NCBI GenBank assembly: GCA_050246755.1
Contig: JBFWVL010000001.1
Location: 1,632,001-1,696,000, forward strand
Source: Bacteriovoracia bacterium
Lineage (GTDB): Bacteria; Bdellovibrionota; UBA1018; CAIPTA01
Direction: 5' to 3'
Length of the DNA stretch: 64,000 nucleotides
A program made the position numbers and the translations under genes. The notes under the pieces are model-generated. The model was not told where the DNA came from, made no database searches, and saw nothing but the letters and a program-made list of their open reading frames with translations. This document shows, piece by piece, positions 9,383 through 17,647 of this stretch. Position 1 is the stretch's first letter. Each line of letters opens with the position of its first letter.

Positions 9383-10294
9383 TTAGCCGAGTACCAGCGG
9401 TTCGCCTTTGCGCATCGATTCCGCAATTTTTTTAAAAACTCCGCCCGTATATTCCGGATCTTTTTCAAAGAGAAAGGCCTCTAGAAAATTTGTGGAAGGA
9501 TTTGCTGGTCGTTTGTCTAAATAAAAATCCAAAAGATCATGGGCCACGATGAAGATCGACGCTAGCGGGCTGATCTGCTGCGAATAGAGGCCGCGGGGGA
9601 AGCCGCTGCCATCGGGGCGCTCGTGATGCTGGGTCAGAATCACGTCTATGTCGGGGGGGAGCTGGGGCATCTCTCGCGAAAATTCGGCCGCGCGAGAAGG
9701 ATGAAGTTTTAGGTTCTGGTTATCCGCGGTGCTGAAATCGGTGGCGTCATCGATGTCCTTGAGACGGCGTATGCGGGCCAGGCGATTGTCGGTGAGGGAT
9801 AGGTCGTGAAGGAGGGCAGCCGTAGCCAGCTTCATAAAAGTGAGCGGTGATTTCCAGCCTAGCTGAGTGGCGAGCGCGCACGCTACTTCGGCGAGCATAA
9901 GGCTATGCGAGGTAATGTATTTGCCTTCCTGTTTCTGGAGCTTGCGCAGAATCAGGGAGAGTTCGGGGCTCGAGCCAATGGCGCGCATAATGAGCTGCAC
10001 CGATTTTTGGGCAAGCTCTTGCACAGGCGGAGTGAATCCGAGCTGCAGCGTTACCTCGTGCACCAGTTCCAGAGAGTCTTCCGCGGCTTCGCGAACTGCT
10101 TCCTGGGAATAGTTTGGATTAGAGAGGATTTCGTCGATGCCGGTGTCTTCGCCGGCGAGGAGGGCGGGAGCGTCTTCTTTTCTGATGTAGAGGAATTTAA
10201 GGCCCTTGCGTGCCAGAAGTGGCCGAAGGTCTGCCGGGCCGAACCCGTCTTCTTTACGAAATCTTTTTTGATAGTGGTCGGGTGCGAGCCGCAC
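9383..10294 (-). CDS. HD-GYP-like phosphodiesterase (true start probably further upstream)
   Basis: HS, LLHDL, HHERPDGSGFP motifs; frame stays open to ~10418. Confidence 0.85.
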   Translation of the reverse strand: MRLAPDHYQKRFRKEDGFGPADLRPLLARKGLKFLYIRKEDAPALLAGEDTGIDEILSNPNYSQEAVREAAEDSLELVHEVTLQLGFTPPVQELAQKSVQLIMRAIGSSPELSLILRKLQKQEGKYITSHSLMLAEVACALATQLGWKSPLTFMKLATAALLHDLSLTDNRLARIRRLKDIDDATDFSTADNQNLKLHPSRAAEFSREMPQLPPDIDVILTQHHERPDGSGFPRGLYSQQISPLASIFIVAHDLLDFYLDKRPANPSTNFLEAFLFEKDPEYTGGVFKKIAESMRKGEPLVLG

Positions 10295-10538
10295 ATAGGC
10301 GTCGATTTTCAGCGACCGCCGAAAAATGGGACTGCGTAGTTCGATTCGGATAAAATCGGAGTCCGGCAGCTTCCTGTCGTTTTGTGACTCATCGTCGATC
10401 AGGGGGAACCTCGCCTTTCATTGTAGAAAGCTTCGCGGTTCGATTCAATTCGGGATAAGAAGAATGCATTGCGCAAACTATTTTTGTGCTAAAACGCCAC
10501 GGACGGTATGGTACCGCCGTGGTGCGCCTGCCATGCGA

Positions 10539-10877
10539 TCAATTGTGGCGGTTTCCGGGGCCAGGGCCGCGAGCGAGTTTTGTATTGCCCATGGGCTTGG
10601 GTTGCAAATTCGCTTTATCGTGTAGCTCGTGGGGAGGCGCTTGGTGCACATGCGGATCTTCGGAGGAATGTTGTGCCTGTTGCTGCTGTTTCATTTGAAA
10701 AAGCTCCATTACCGAAAGACCTTTCGATTTTGCTTTCGATTTCGCTTTAGTCTTTGCTTTCGCCATCGTTTTTTTCGTCGGCTTGGCGAGCATTTTAGCT
10801 TTTGCCTTTACTGGTTTTTTTGCGGATTTTTTCTTGGCTTTCGCCGGAGCCCTTTTGGTCTTGGTGGATTTTTTCAT
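10539..10877 (-). CDS. Small Lys/Ala-rich basic protein (histone H1-like low complexity)
   Basis: RBS GGAG before ATG 10877; KAK/KKS repeats then a Q/H/P-rich tail. Confidence 0.7.
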   Translation of the reverse strand: MKKSTKTKRAPAKAKKKSAKKPVKAKAKMLAKPTKKTMAKAKTKAKSKAKSKGLSVMELFQMKQQQQAQHSSEDPHVHQAPPHELHDKANLQPKPMGNTKLARGPGPGNRHN

Positions 10878-11123
10878 AGTTACTCCAATTTTTTTGCTAG
10901 CGATAAAGTATATCGGTTTGTTTCGCGAGATGCACGTACACCTATTTCTAACCCCAGAACGCCTTTCGATGCGTGTAGCCATTACCCACCCCGGGCATGG
11001 GAAAATTTGGACACGTGTTCCGGAGGTGCAAAAGCTGCACCAGCTTAGCGGTACCGCATTTTTAGGTGGCTGCGAAAATCAGTTGTTGGGTAAAATTGAG
11101 GTAATAAACTTGGAGAACATTGA

Positions 11124-11669
11124 ATGTTGGTAAAAATATTAGTCGGCTTGACGGTCTTGATCGGTTTGCTGCTCGGTTACGTAGCTCTTCAGCCGAAAAA
11201 TTTCGCGGTTAGCCGCGAAATTAAAATCGCCGCTTCGCCCGAAAAAGTCTTTCCTCATCTAAACGACGTAAAAAAAGCCAATGCCTGGAATCCCTTTTTG
11301 AAGGCAGATCAGGGCGCTAAGATTACCTATTTCGGCCCTGCCGCGGGAGTGGGGGCCGGCAATAGCTGGGATGGTGATTCCCAAGTGGGAAAGGGCTCGG
11401 CTACGATCGTGGAAAGTATTCCTGGCTCCGCAGTGCGTTTACGTCTGGACTACGAGAAGCCGTTTAAGGGCACCAATACTGTAACGTACGCCCTGAAGAG
11501 CGAGGGGAAAGAGACGACGGTCAGTTGGTCTATTGCCGGAGAAAGCGCGTTCGTTCCTCGCCTTTTCTGCACTCTATTTTTCATGAATATGGACAAAATG
11601 ATCGGAAACAGCTTCGAAAAAGGATTGGCTGATCTGAAGGCGATCGTAGAGACGGAAACCAAGAAGTAA
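11124..11669 (+). CDS. SRPBCC family protein
   Basis: N-terminal anchor, V.REI.I.ASPEKVF, WNPF...D, FEKGLADLK. Confidence 0.9.
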   Translation: MLVKILVGLTVLIGLLLGYVALQPKNFAVSREIKIAASPEKVFPHLNDVKKANAWNPFLKADQGAKITYFGPAAGVGAGNSWDGDSQVGKGSATIVESIPGSAVRLRLDYEKPFKGTNTVTYALKSEGKETTVSWSIAGESAFVPRLFCTLFFMNMDKMIGNSFEKGLADLKAIVETETKK

Positions 11670-11679
11670 TCGTGAGAGT

Positions 11680-11714
11680 AAAAAAGCCGTCGCTCGAAAG
11701 AGCGACGGCTTTTT
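11680..11714. terminator. Bidirectional intrinsic terminator
   Basis: AAAAAGCCGTCGCTC-GAAA-GAGCGACGGCTTTTT between convergent genes. Confidence 0.9.
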
Positions 11715-11731
11715 ATTTTATCTAGAAGGCT

Positions 11732-13189
11732 CTATAGAACCACGGGAGTATCGATCACGATATCCACGCGGCGGTTCGTGGCGCGACCCTCTTTGGTTTT
11801 GTTGGTGGTAAGGGGGCGATCCGATCCGTAGCCTTCGGTATCTACCCGAAGCTCTTCCGACAACCCTTGGCTCACGAGGTATTTTTTCACCGATTCGGCT
11901 CGCTTTTCGGAGAGGGCTTTATTAGTGGCGTTCGAGCCGACGGAATCCGTGTGGCCTTCCACCGTGATTTGCTTGGCCGGAACGGCGGCAATCAGGTTAT
12001 CCACTTTACGAAGCGTGGCGAAAGAATCGGGGTTTAGATCCGAACGGCCGGAAGAAAATTGCATTTTCTTGAGGCGCACCACGATCTTGGTTCCGTCTTT
12101 CATTACTTCGGCTTCATCGGGGGCAAAGGTTTTCTTCACTTCTTCGATTTTCTGTTTTAGTTCCTCGGTGCTGGCGTAGTCGCTATTTTCAGACCGAAGA
12201 GCGGCGATCGCTCCCCCTTGCGAGGCAATACGGGCATTCTTCGCTTCTAGGTCGGAGGCTAGCTTCTCTTGCTCCGCCATTGCTTCAGCCTGGGCCTTGG
12301 CGAGTTCAGCGTCGGCTTCCGCTTTGGTTTGCTGGAGTTTATTGGCAGCATCCGCTTTCGTTTTCGAAAGAGCAGAACGAGAAGCTTCGAGCGCCTGGTT
12401 CTGGTTCCAGATCGTGAGCGCTACGGTTTCCGATGCCTTATTCTTACGGGCGATGGTGAGCACTTCCGTGAGTTTCCGGGCGGATTGCTGGGCTTCGCTA
12501 ACGGCATGGGCATAGCCATCGGCGGTATGCGGACTCAACTCGATAGCGTGTTCCGCAGAATCGGCGCGCGACACGGCGATCTCATAGAGACTCGGCGTTT
12601 TGCCTTTTGCGCCGTTGCTCTTGGCCTGCTTGATCTGCAGCCTTACGTTACCGAGCTCGCCATGCTTGCGGGCCGCGATTTCCGCTTCGCCGAATTTCTT
12701 TTCTACGGATTTTAGATCGTCCGAATCAATCGAGTTTCCTTTTTCGAGATCTTTTCCAATGTCGGCGAGGTCGTCATCGGCCGAGCGGAATTTGCTCTCG
12801 CTAAACTTCGGGCCCTGAGCCATCACGGCATAGCGGCGGGCTTCAAGGGCACCACGCATCAGGCCTTGGTTCGTATCGCCCACGTTTTTTACTTGCTGGA
12901 TTGCCTGCAGAGAAACGGCCACGTCGGAAAGAATGCTTTCGGAGCCTTTGCCTTTGCTGAGTTTTTCGGCGGCAGAGTTACGGTAGTCTACGGCGCGGGC
13001 GAAGTTCTTGGGAGCCAAGCGGTCGTACTGTTTTGCGCTGGCGTCCTCGATGGCAGCAGAAACGCGGCCGATTTCGGCCTGAGGATCGGAGTTCGCGGCA
13101 ATTGGGGCTTTCGCGGGAGTTGCGCAGCTGGCTAAAGCGAGCACGCTGAGCCCAAATAGGGCATTAAGGTACGTACTTTTGATTTTCAT
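11732..13189 (-). CDS. OmpA-family peptidoglycan-binding lipoprotein with long helical region
   Basis: Lipobox LASC; C-terminal VEGHTDSVG..N..LS.KRA..V and NRRVDI. Confidence 0.92.
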   Translation of the reverse strand: MKIKSTYLNALFGLSVLALASCATPAKAPIAANSDPQAEIGRVSAAIEDASAKQYDRLAPKNFARAVDYRNSAAEKLSKGKGSESILSDVAVSLQAIQQVKNVGDTNQGLMRGALEARRYAVMAQGPKFSESKFRSADDDLADIGKDLEKGNSIDSDDLKSVEKKFGEAEIAARKHGELGNVRLQIKQAKSNGAKGKTPSLYEIAVSRADSAEHAIELSPHTADGYAHAVSEAQQSARKLTEVLTIARKNKASETVALTIWNQNQALEASRSALSKTKADAANKLQQTKAEADAELAKAQAEAMAEQEKLASDLEAKNARIASQGGAIAALRSENSDYASTEELKQKIEEVKKTFAPDEAEVMKDGTKIVVRLKKMQFSSGRSDLNPDSFATLRKVDNLIAAVPAKQITVEGHTDSVGSNATNKALSEKRAESVKKYLVSQGLSEELRVDTEGYGSDRPLTTNKTKEGRATNRRVDIVIDTPVVL

Positions 13190-13249
13190 AAGGAGAACTC
13201 CTTTAAGAGTAGAAATAGAATAAGTCATACGGATGTACGCAATAGGCGA

Positions 13250-13265
13250 TGCAAGCCGGTGGCCG
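13250..13265 (-). promoter_or_regulatory. sigma54-type -24/-12 promoter upstream of the OmpA-family gene
   Basis: CGGCCACCGGCTTGCA, GG-N10-GC. Confidence 0.5.
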
Positions 13266-13364
13266 TATGGCGGAAGATGGGGTCTATTGCCGCGCTCGGA
13301 AGAAATTTAGCAAGGCCTTTCAGATTTCTTTCCTTTATTATGCGAAGAAGAAGCCGGGAGATTT

Positions 13365-14222
13365 ATGGATGATCCCATAATTGATGACGTAACCGATACC
13401 GCGCTCTGGGTGGCTCATTATCGCGCCCAGGAGACGAAAAGACCCGATGCGCTTTTTCAGGATCCATTGGCCGAACGCTTAGCGGGAGAAAAAGGCAAAC
13501 AGATCGCTGCGAAGATGCTGGGCTCGCGCTATACGGCCTGGACGCTGGCGATCCGGACCTTCGTGATCGATGCCTACATCACTGAGCTCGTGGCAACCGG
13601 CGTGGACACGGTGATCAACCTTGGCGCGGGTCTCGATACCCGCCCTTACCGCTTGGATCTACCCGCTTCGCTACGCTGGGTGGAGGCTGATTTTCCCCGG
13701 ATCATTCAGCACAAAGAAAAAATTCTGGCCGCCGAAAAGCCTAGATGCAAGCTTGAGAGAATCGCCATTGATTTGGCCGATGCGAACGAGAGGAAAATGT
13801 TTTTGGCCCGCGTGGGGATCGAATCGAAGCGAGCGCTGATTCTTACCGAAGGCGTTACCCCTTACCTAAGCGAGGAGCAAGTAAGCGCGCTGGCCGCCGA
13901 TCTATTGGCCCAGTATGCCTTCCGCTATTGGCTGCTCGACTATTACTCCCAAGAAGTGAAGCGCCATATGCAAAGTAAGCGGAGAATGCGGCAGATGCGG
14001 AATTCTCCTTTTATTTTCTTTCCCGAAAACTGGTTTTCTTTTTTTGAGGAAAGGGGCTGGAAGCTGAGGGAGATGCGCTACATCGGCGAAACCTCCCAAA
14101 AGCTCGGCCGCGCTCTCCCCACTCCCTGGTGGGTGAATATTCTCATTTCTCTTTTTGGAGCGCAGGACAAAAACCCGCTTACTAAAATGTCGGGCTACGC
14201 TCTGTTGGAGCCAAAATCGTAG
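13365..14222 (+). CDS. SAM-dependent methyltransferase (LCM/TIGR00027-like)
   Basis: TALWVA.YRA.E, LGAGLDTRPYRL, LTEGV.PYL. Confidence 0.92.
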   Translation: MDDPIIDDVTDTALWVAHYRAQETKRPDALFQDPLAERLAGEKGKQIAAKMLGSRYTAWTLAIRTFVIDAYITELVATGVDTVINLGAGLDTRPYRLDLPASLRWVEADFPRIIQHKEKILAAEKPRCKLERIAIDLADANERKMFLARVGIESKRALILTEGVTPYLSEEQVSALAADLLAQYAFRYWLLDYYSQEVKRHMQSKRRMRQMRNSPFIFFPENWFSFFEERGWKLREMRYIGETSQKLGRALPTPWWVNILISLFGAQDKNPLTKMSGYALLEPKS

Positions 14223-14290
14223 TTCGCGTTTTCCTCTCTTTTCTTCCTATGCAAGCGGTACTCGAAGGCTTAACGGGTGTGCCGAAAACC

Positions 14291-14330
14291 AAATAGAAAA
14301 GCCCGGCGCGAGAGCCAGGCTTTTCTATTT
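14291..14330. terminator. Bidirectional intrinsic terminator
   Basis: AAATAGAAAAGCCCGGC-GCGAGA-GCCAGGCTTTTCTATTT. Confidence 0.8.
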
Positions 14331-14346
14331 TCTCAGTAGCCGACTA

Positions 14347-14820
14347 TTAGGCGATATGGCGGCTGCGTTTGCCTTCGCTAACGAGGGGCGCGATTTCTGC
14401 CGAGGCTTTATGGGTGAGCGCAAAGCCGAAATAGGCTCCAAGCAGCGCGAAGATACCGTGCGCCCAAACTTCGGCTCCGAAAAGGGGCCAGTAGCCGTAG
14501 ACGGTGTCGGTTTGCGGGAAAAGACCTAAAATAGCGCCGATTCCCATCACCACGAATACCGTACGTGACCATTTTACCGATGCGGGCAATGCCGTAGTGG
14601 GCCGCTGCGAGGCAATAATTCCCGCTACCCCGAAAAGAATCAGAACGACTTTATTGATAATATTCATAGGGAAGAGATTCAGGAAAAGGCCATAGCTGGT
14701 CTCGAGGTTAAGTGCGGGTAGCATGGCGGCGGGATAATCATAGAGAGCGGGGATGAGAGAAACGGCGCCCATCACTAACATTAGGATCCCACCGAAGAGG
14801 GCATAATTTCTTGGTTGCAT
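14347..14820 (-). CDS. DUF4383-like membrane protein
   Basis: Four TMs, YGLFLNLFPMN, PLFG..VW.H; RBS AAGGAG. Confidence 0.75.
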   Translation of the reverse strand: MQPRNYALFGGILMLVMGAVSLIPALYDYPAAMLPALNLETSYGLFLNLFPMNIINKVVLILFGVAGIIASQRPTTALPASVKWSRTVFVVMGIGAILGLFPQTDTVYGYWPLFGAEVWAHGIFALLGAYFGFALTHKASAEIAPLVSEGKRSRHIA

Positions 14821-14867
14821 AGTAAGTACTCCTTTTAAATTTAGACCAACGTCACTGGGCGGAAGCG

Positions 14868-14883
14868 TGCAAGCAGAAAGCCA
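14868..14883 (-). promoter_or_regulatory. sigma54-type promoter upstream of the DUF4383-like gene
   Basis: TGGCTTTCTGCTTGCA; inverted repeat TGCGACAT(14895)...ATGTCGCA(14930) upstream. Confidence 0.55.
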
Positions 14884-14959
14884 ATTCCAGGTACTGCGAC
14901 ATTTCGCTGCATTTTAGTTACTATGTCGCAAACGATTTTGAAATGAAGCGAGGAATCAT

Positions 14960-15541
14960 ATGGGCAAGGGCAGGTTGGAAGCATTTAGCGACGGCGTTTT
15001 GGCGATCATTATCACCATCATGGTACTGGAGCTGCGCCCTCCGCACGAAACCGATTGGAACGCGCTCCTGCATCTGCTTCCCGTGATGGTGAGCTATATC
15101 CTGAGCTTCATCTTCGTGGGAATTTACTGGAACAATCACCACCACCTGCTGATGCTAGTGCAAAAAATCACGGGACCGATTCTTTGGGCCAACTTGCATC
15201 TGCTCTTCTGGCTTTCCCTTGTGCCGTTCGTGACGGCTTGGATCGGCGAGCATCCCCACGCGTCTCTGCCCCTCGCGGCCTACGGAGTAGTGCTGTTGGG
15301 AGCTGGCGTGGCTTTTTATATTTTGTGTCAGTGCCTCGTATCGGTGCACGGGAAAGAGTCTACGATCGCTAAGGCGTTCGGCCGCGACGCCAAGGGAGTG
15401 GCTTCGGTGGCGATTTATGCGGTGGCGGTTCCGGTAGCCTTCGTGCTTCCTTGGCTTTCCTACTCTCTCTACGTGCTGGTAGCTCTGCTGTGGCTGGTGC
15501 CAGATAAGCGCGTAGAAAATATCATTACGAAGAAGGCCTAG
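14960..15541 (+). CDS. TMEM175 family potassium channel (DUF1211)
   Basis: RLEAFSDGVLAIIITIMVLEL and YWNNHHH signatures. Confidence 0.95.
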   Translation: MGKGRLEAFSDGVLAIIITIMVLELRPPHETDWNALLHLLPVMVSYILSFIFVGIYWNNHHHLLMLVQKITGPILWANLHLLFWLSLVPFVTAWIGEHPHASLPLAAYGVVLLGAGVAFYILCQCLVSVHGKESTIAKAFGRDAKGVASVAIYAVAVPVAFVLPWLSYSLYVLVALLWLVPDKRVENIITKKA

Positions 15542-15641
15542 GTACACGTTCCCCGATAAAGAAATCGCACGGGGATGCCTGCCCACTTTCGAAGAGATCT
15601 AGTAAACTAAAGGTCTACCAAAAACCATGGAAGGGAATCCG

Positions 15642-15926
15642 ATGAAGCGTATCATTGCCAGTTTATTTCTAATCACCGCAATCTGTTTGGCTCCGGCTGC
15701 TTTCGCCCACGATGATAAGGCCGCCGATGGCGACCATAAAGTAGCGCATGCCCATAAGCATAAGCACGCTAAAAACTGCGGTCACAAAGCCGAGAAGCAC
15801 GGCGATCATACCGACTACGAAGAAACCGTAGATGGAAAAATCCACCACCACAAGAAGCACGATAAGCATTATGACGAGTGCGAGGGCCCCGAGGCCGAAG
15901 CTGCGGCCGATTCGGCCAAGAAGTAA
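15642..15926 (+). CDS. Secreted His-rich putative metal-binding protein
   Basis: Signal peptide AFA-H; H.HKH...CGH....HGDH.DY...DG..HH...H..EC. Confidence 0.75.
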   Translation: MKRIIASLFLITAICLAPAAFAHDDKAADGDHKVAHAHKHKHAKNCGHKAEKHGDHTDYEETVDGKIHHHKKHDKHYDECEGPEAEAAADSAKK

Positions 15927-15937
15927 TCTTTCGAAGC

Positions 15938-15969
15938 GCTAGCCGCGCCTAACGGGCGGCTAGCCTTTT
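15938..15969 (+). terminator. Intrinsic terminator
   Basis: GCTAGCCGC...GCGGCTAGC followed by CTTTT. Confidence 0.65.
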
Positions 15970-16322
15970 ACTTTGAATCCTTTTTTCTCGAGAAGCGCAC
16001 GGATCTGTTCGCGCTTTTCTCCCTGAATTTCGATCAAACCCTCTTTTCCTTCCAGCGAATACGTTCCGCCGGCGCCACATTTTTTTTTCAGCTCGGTGGT
16101 GAGCTCTTTTAGGAAAAGCTCCTGCTTAGGTAGCTGGTCTATTACCGTGACGGTTTTCCCACCTCGGCCCTGTTTTTCAATGCGCAGAACGGCCACGAAT
16201 TTATGACTGGAAAGGGGTTGCTCTGCCTCGCAGGTGCAGGCGCCGAGCAGTTCTTTGCATTTGGGGCATTTCTTATTGAGCTCGGGGTTAGAGCTATATA
16301 CTAAGCGGGCGTCGTTGCTCAT
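15960..16322 (-). CDS. yciH: Translation initiation factor SUI1 family protein
   Basis: RLVYSS, CxxC..CxC, GRGGKTVT, LKKKCGAGGT, IEIQG. Confidence 0.92.
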   Translation of the reverse strand: MSNDARLVYSSNPELNKKCPKCKELLGACTCEAEQPLSSHKFVAVLRIEKQGRGGKTVTVIDQLPKQELFLKELTTELKKKCGAGGTYSLEGKEGLIEIQGEKREQIRALLEKKGFKVKG

Positions 16323-16333
16323 GCCGCTCTAGT

Positions 16334-16756
16334 TTACGCGGCTTTCTTATTGAATTGAAACACTTCGTCGTGCAGCTTTTTTGCTTTTTGGCACTCGAGA
16401 TGGATGGCGTGCCCGATTTTTTTCGTGGCTTCGGGATCGTGGATGCCCTTCACCAGCGCATCGAGGTGCGACATGCAGGTTTCCAAAAGCGAAACTACTT
16501 TTGGCTGGGGGCGTTTATTCGCCGAAGCGGCGCAGTCATAGCACGTTTTCTTTAGGGTACCGCAGTAGGCGGCGAGATCAGTGAGGCCAAAGGTGGCGGC
16601 GGTTCCATAAATGCGGTCGATAATCTGGCCGAACTTTTCAAATTGAGCCGGCTGATCGTTATTGGTCTTGAGCGAAGCCACTACGGTGGCAAGTTCCGGC
16701 TCCAAAGATTTAATCTCGGCCACGAAGTCGTTCAGCAATTCAGCGTCTAGGCCCAT
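16334..16756 (-). CDS. Hpt-like helical bundle lacking the phosphoacceptor His
   Basis: D.ELL.DFV.E start; DRIYGTAATFG aligns with Hpt HxLKGxxxxxG. Confidence 0.65.
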   Translation of the reverse strand: MGLDAELLNDFVAEIKSLEPELATVVASLKTNNDQPAQFEKFGQIIDRIYGTAATFGLTDLAAYCGTLKKTCYDCAASANKRPQPKVVSLLETCMSHLDALVKGIHDPEATKKIGHAIHLECQKAKKLHDEVFQFNKKAA

Positions 16757-16774
16757 AGCGATCTCCTTGGGGGC

Positions 16775-16802
16775 TTATCGGTGTGGAGAATCCTTAACCT
16801 TA
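16775..16802 (-). promoter_or_regulatory. sigma28/FliA-type promoter
   Basis: TAAG-N16-ACCGATAA upstream of RBS AAGGAG. Confidence 0.55.
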
Positions 16803-16823
16803 AAGAATTCGTCAGTGGCGGCG

Positions 16824-17117
16824 CTAAGTGCTTGTTTGTGGGCAAAAAAAATATTCTCGTCGGTGCGGCGCTCTGGACGAGTGCGTTTGGATACAAGGCA
16901 AGAGCTCAAAGCTGGCCGGTCCATCCAGGGCCTGGAGCACGAGTTTGCGGCCGCCGGAGAAATTCAATTTCGCGCCACTGCGCAGGACAATATCTTCGGT
17001 GCAGCCATCCTTGGTGAGCCAAAGCGATCCCGAGAGCACCTTTACGGCTGAATGGGGTGGGAATGCGGCTGAGGTGGTGACTTCGCCTCTATTTATTGTA
17101 ATAATCATAATGGTCAT
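16824..17117 (-). CDS. DUF2917 family protein
   Basis: V.SG.LWLT.DG..EDIVL..G......GRKLVLQAL. Confidence 0.85.
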   Translation of the reverse strand: MTIMIITINRGEVTTSAAFPPHSAVKVLSGSLWLTKDGCTEDIVLRSGAKLNFSGGRKLVLQALDGPASFELLPCIQTHSSRAPHRREYFFCPQTST

Positions 17118-17119
17118 TA

Positions 17120-17168
17120 TGCCTAATCACATTAGGCAAATCACAAAAATGCCTAATGTGATTAAATA
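17120..17168. promoter_or_regulatory. Two palindromic operators between the divergent DUF2917 and Lrp genes
   Basis: TGCCTAAT-CAC-ATTAGGCA (17120-17138) and TGCCTAAT-GTG-ATTAAATA (17150-17168). Confidence 0.7.
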
Positions 17169-17206
17169 ATTGAATGGTGTTCTATAGATGGGGTGGGGGA
17201 AGGGCT

Positions 17207-17647
17207 ATGGTAGACGAGATCGACCGAAAGATATTAAATTTGCTGAAAAAAGACTCTCGCCTGCAGTTTGCGGAAATCGGCCGCCAAGTTCATCTTTCGG
17301 CCCCCGCCGTTTTTTCCCGGGTGAAAAAACTCGAAGCTAAAGGCGTGATCCGCAAATTCAGCATCGAAATGAATCCCGAAACGCTCGAGGCCTCTATGTG
17401 CGCTTTTATCCGGATCGTGCTCAAAGGAGTGGCCACGGCAGACGCGGTGGCCACGCTTGAGAAATACAAAGAGATCGAAGAGGCGCACCACGTGGCCGGA
17501 GAAGACTGCCTGGTATTAAAGGTGCGCACGCAGGGAGCGCTGCAGCTGAACCAGCTGCTGGAAACCATCAAGCGCCAAAAAGGCGTGGAGCGAACCGTTA
17601 CCAGCGTAGTGCTCAAGTCGGAATTTGAACGAGGGCTCACTCCCTAA
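17207..17647 (+). CDS. Lrp/AsnC family transcriptional regulator
   Basis: DEIDRKIL..L..DSR, LS.PAV..RVKKLE..GVI, HHVAGEDC. Confidence 0.95.
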   Translation: MVDEIDRKILNLLKKDSRLQFAEIGRQVHLSAPAVFSRVKKLEAKGVIRKFSIEMNPETLEASMCAFIRIVLKGVATADAVATLEKYKEIEEAHHVAGEDCLVLKVRTQGALQLNQLLETIKRQKGVERTVTSVVLKSEFERGLTP

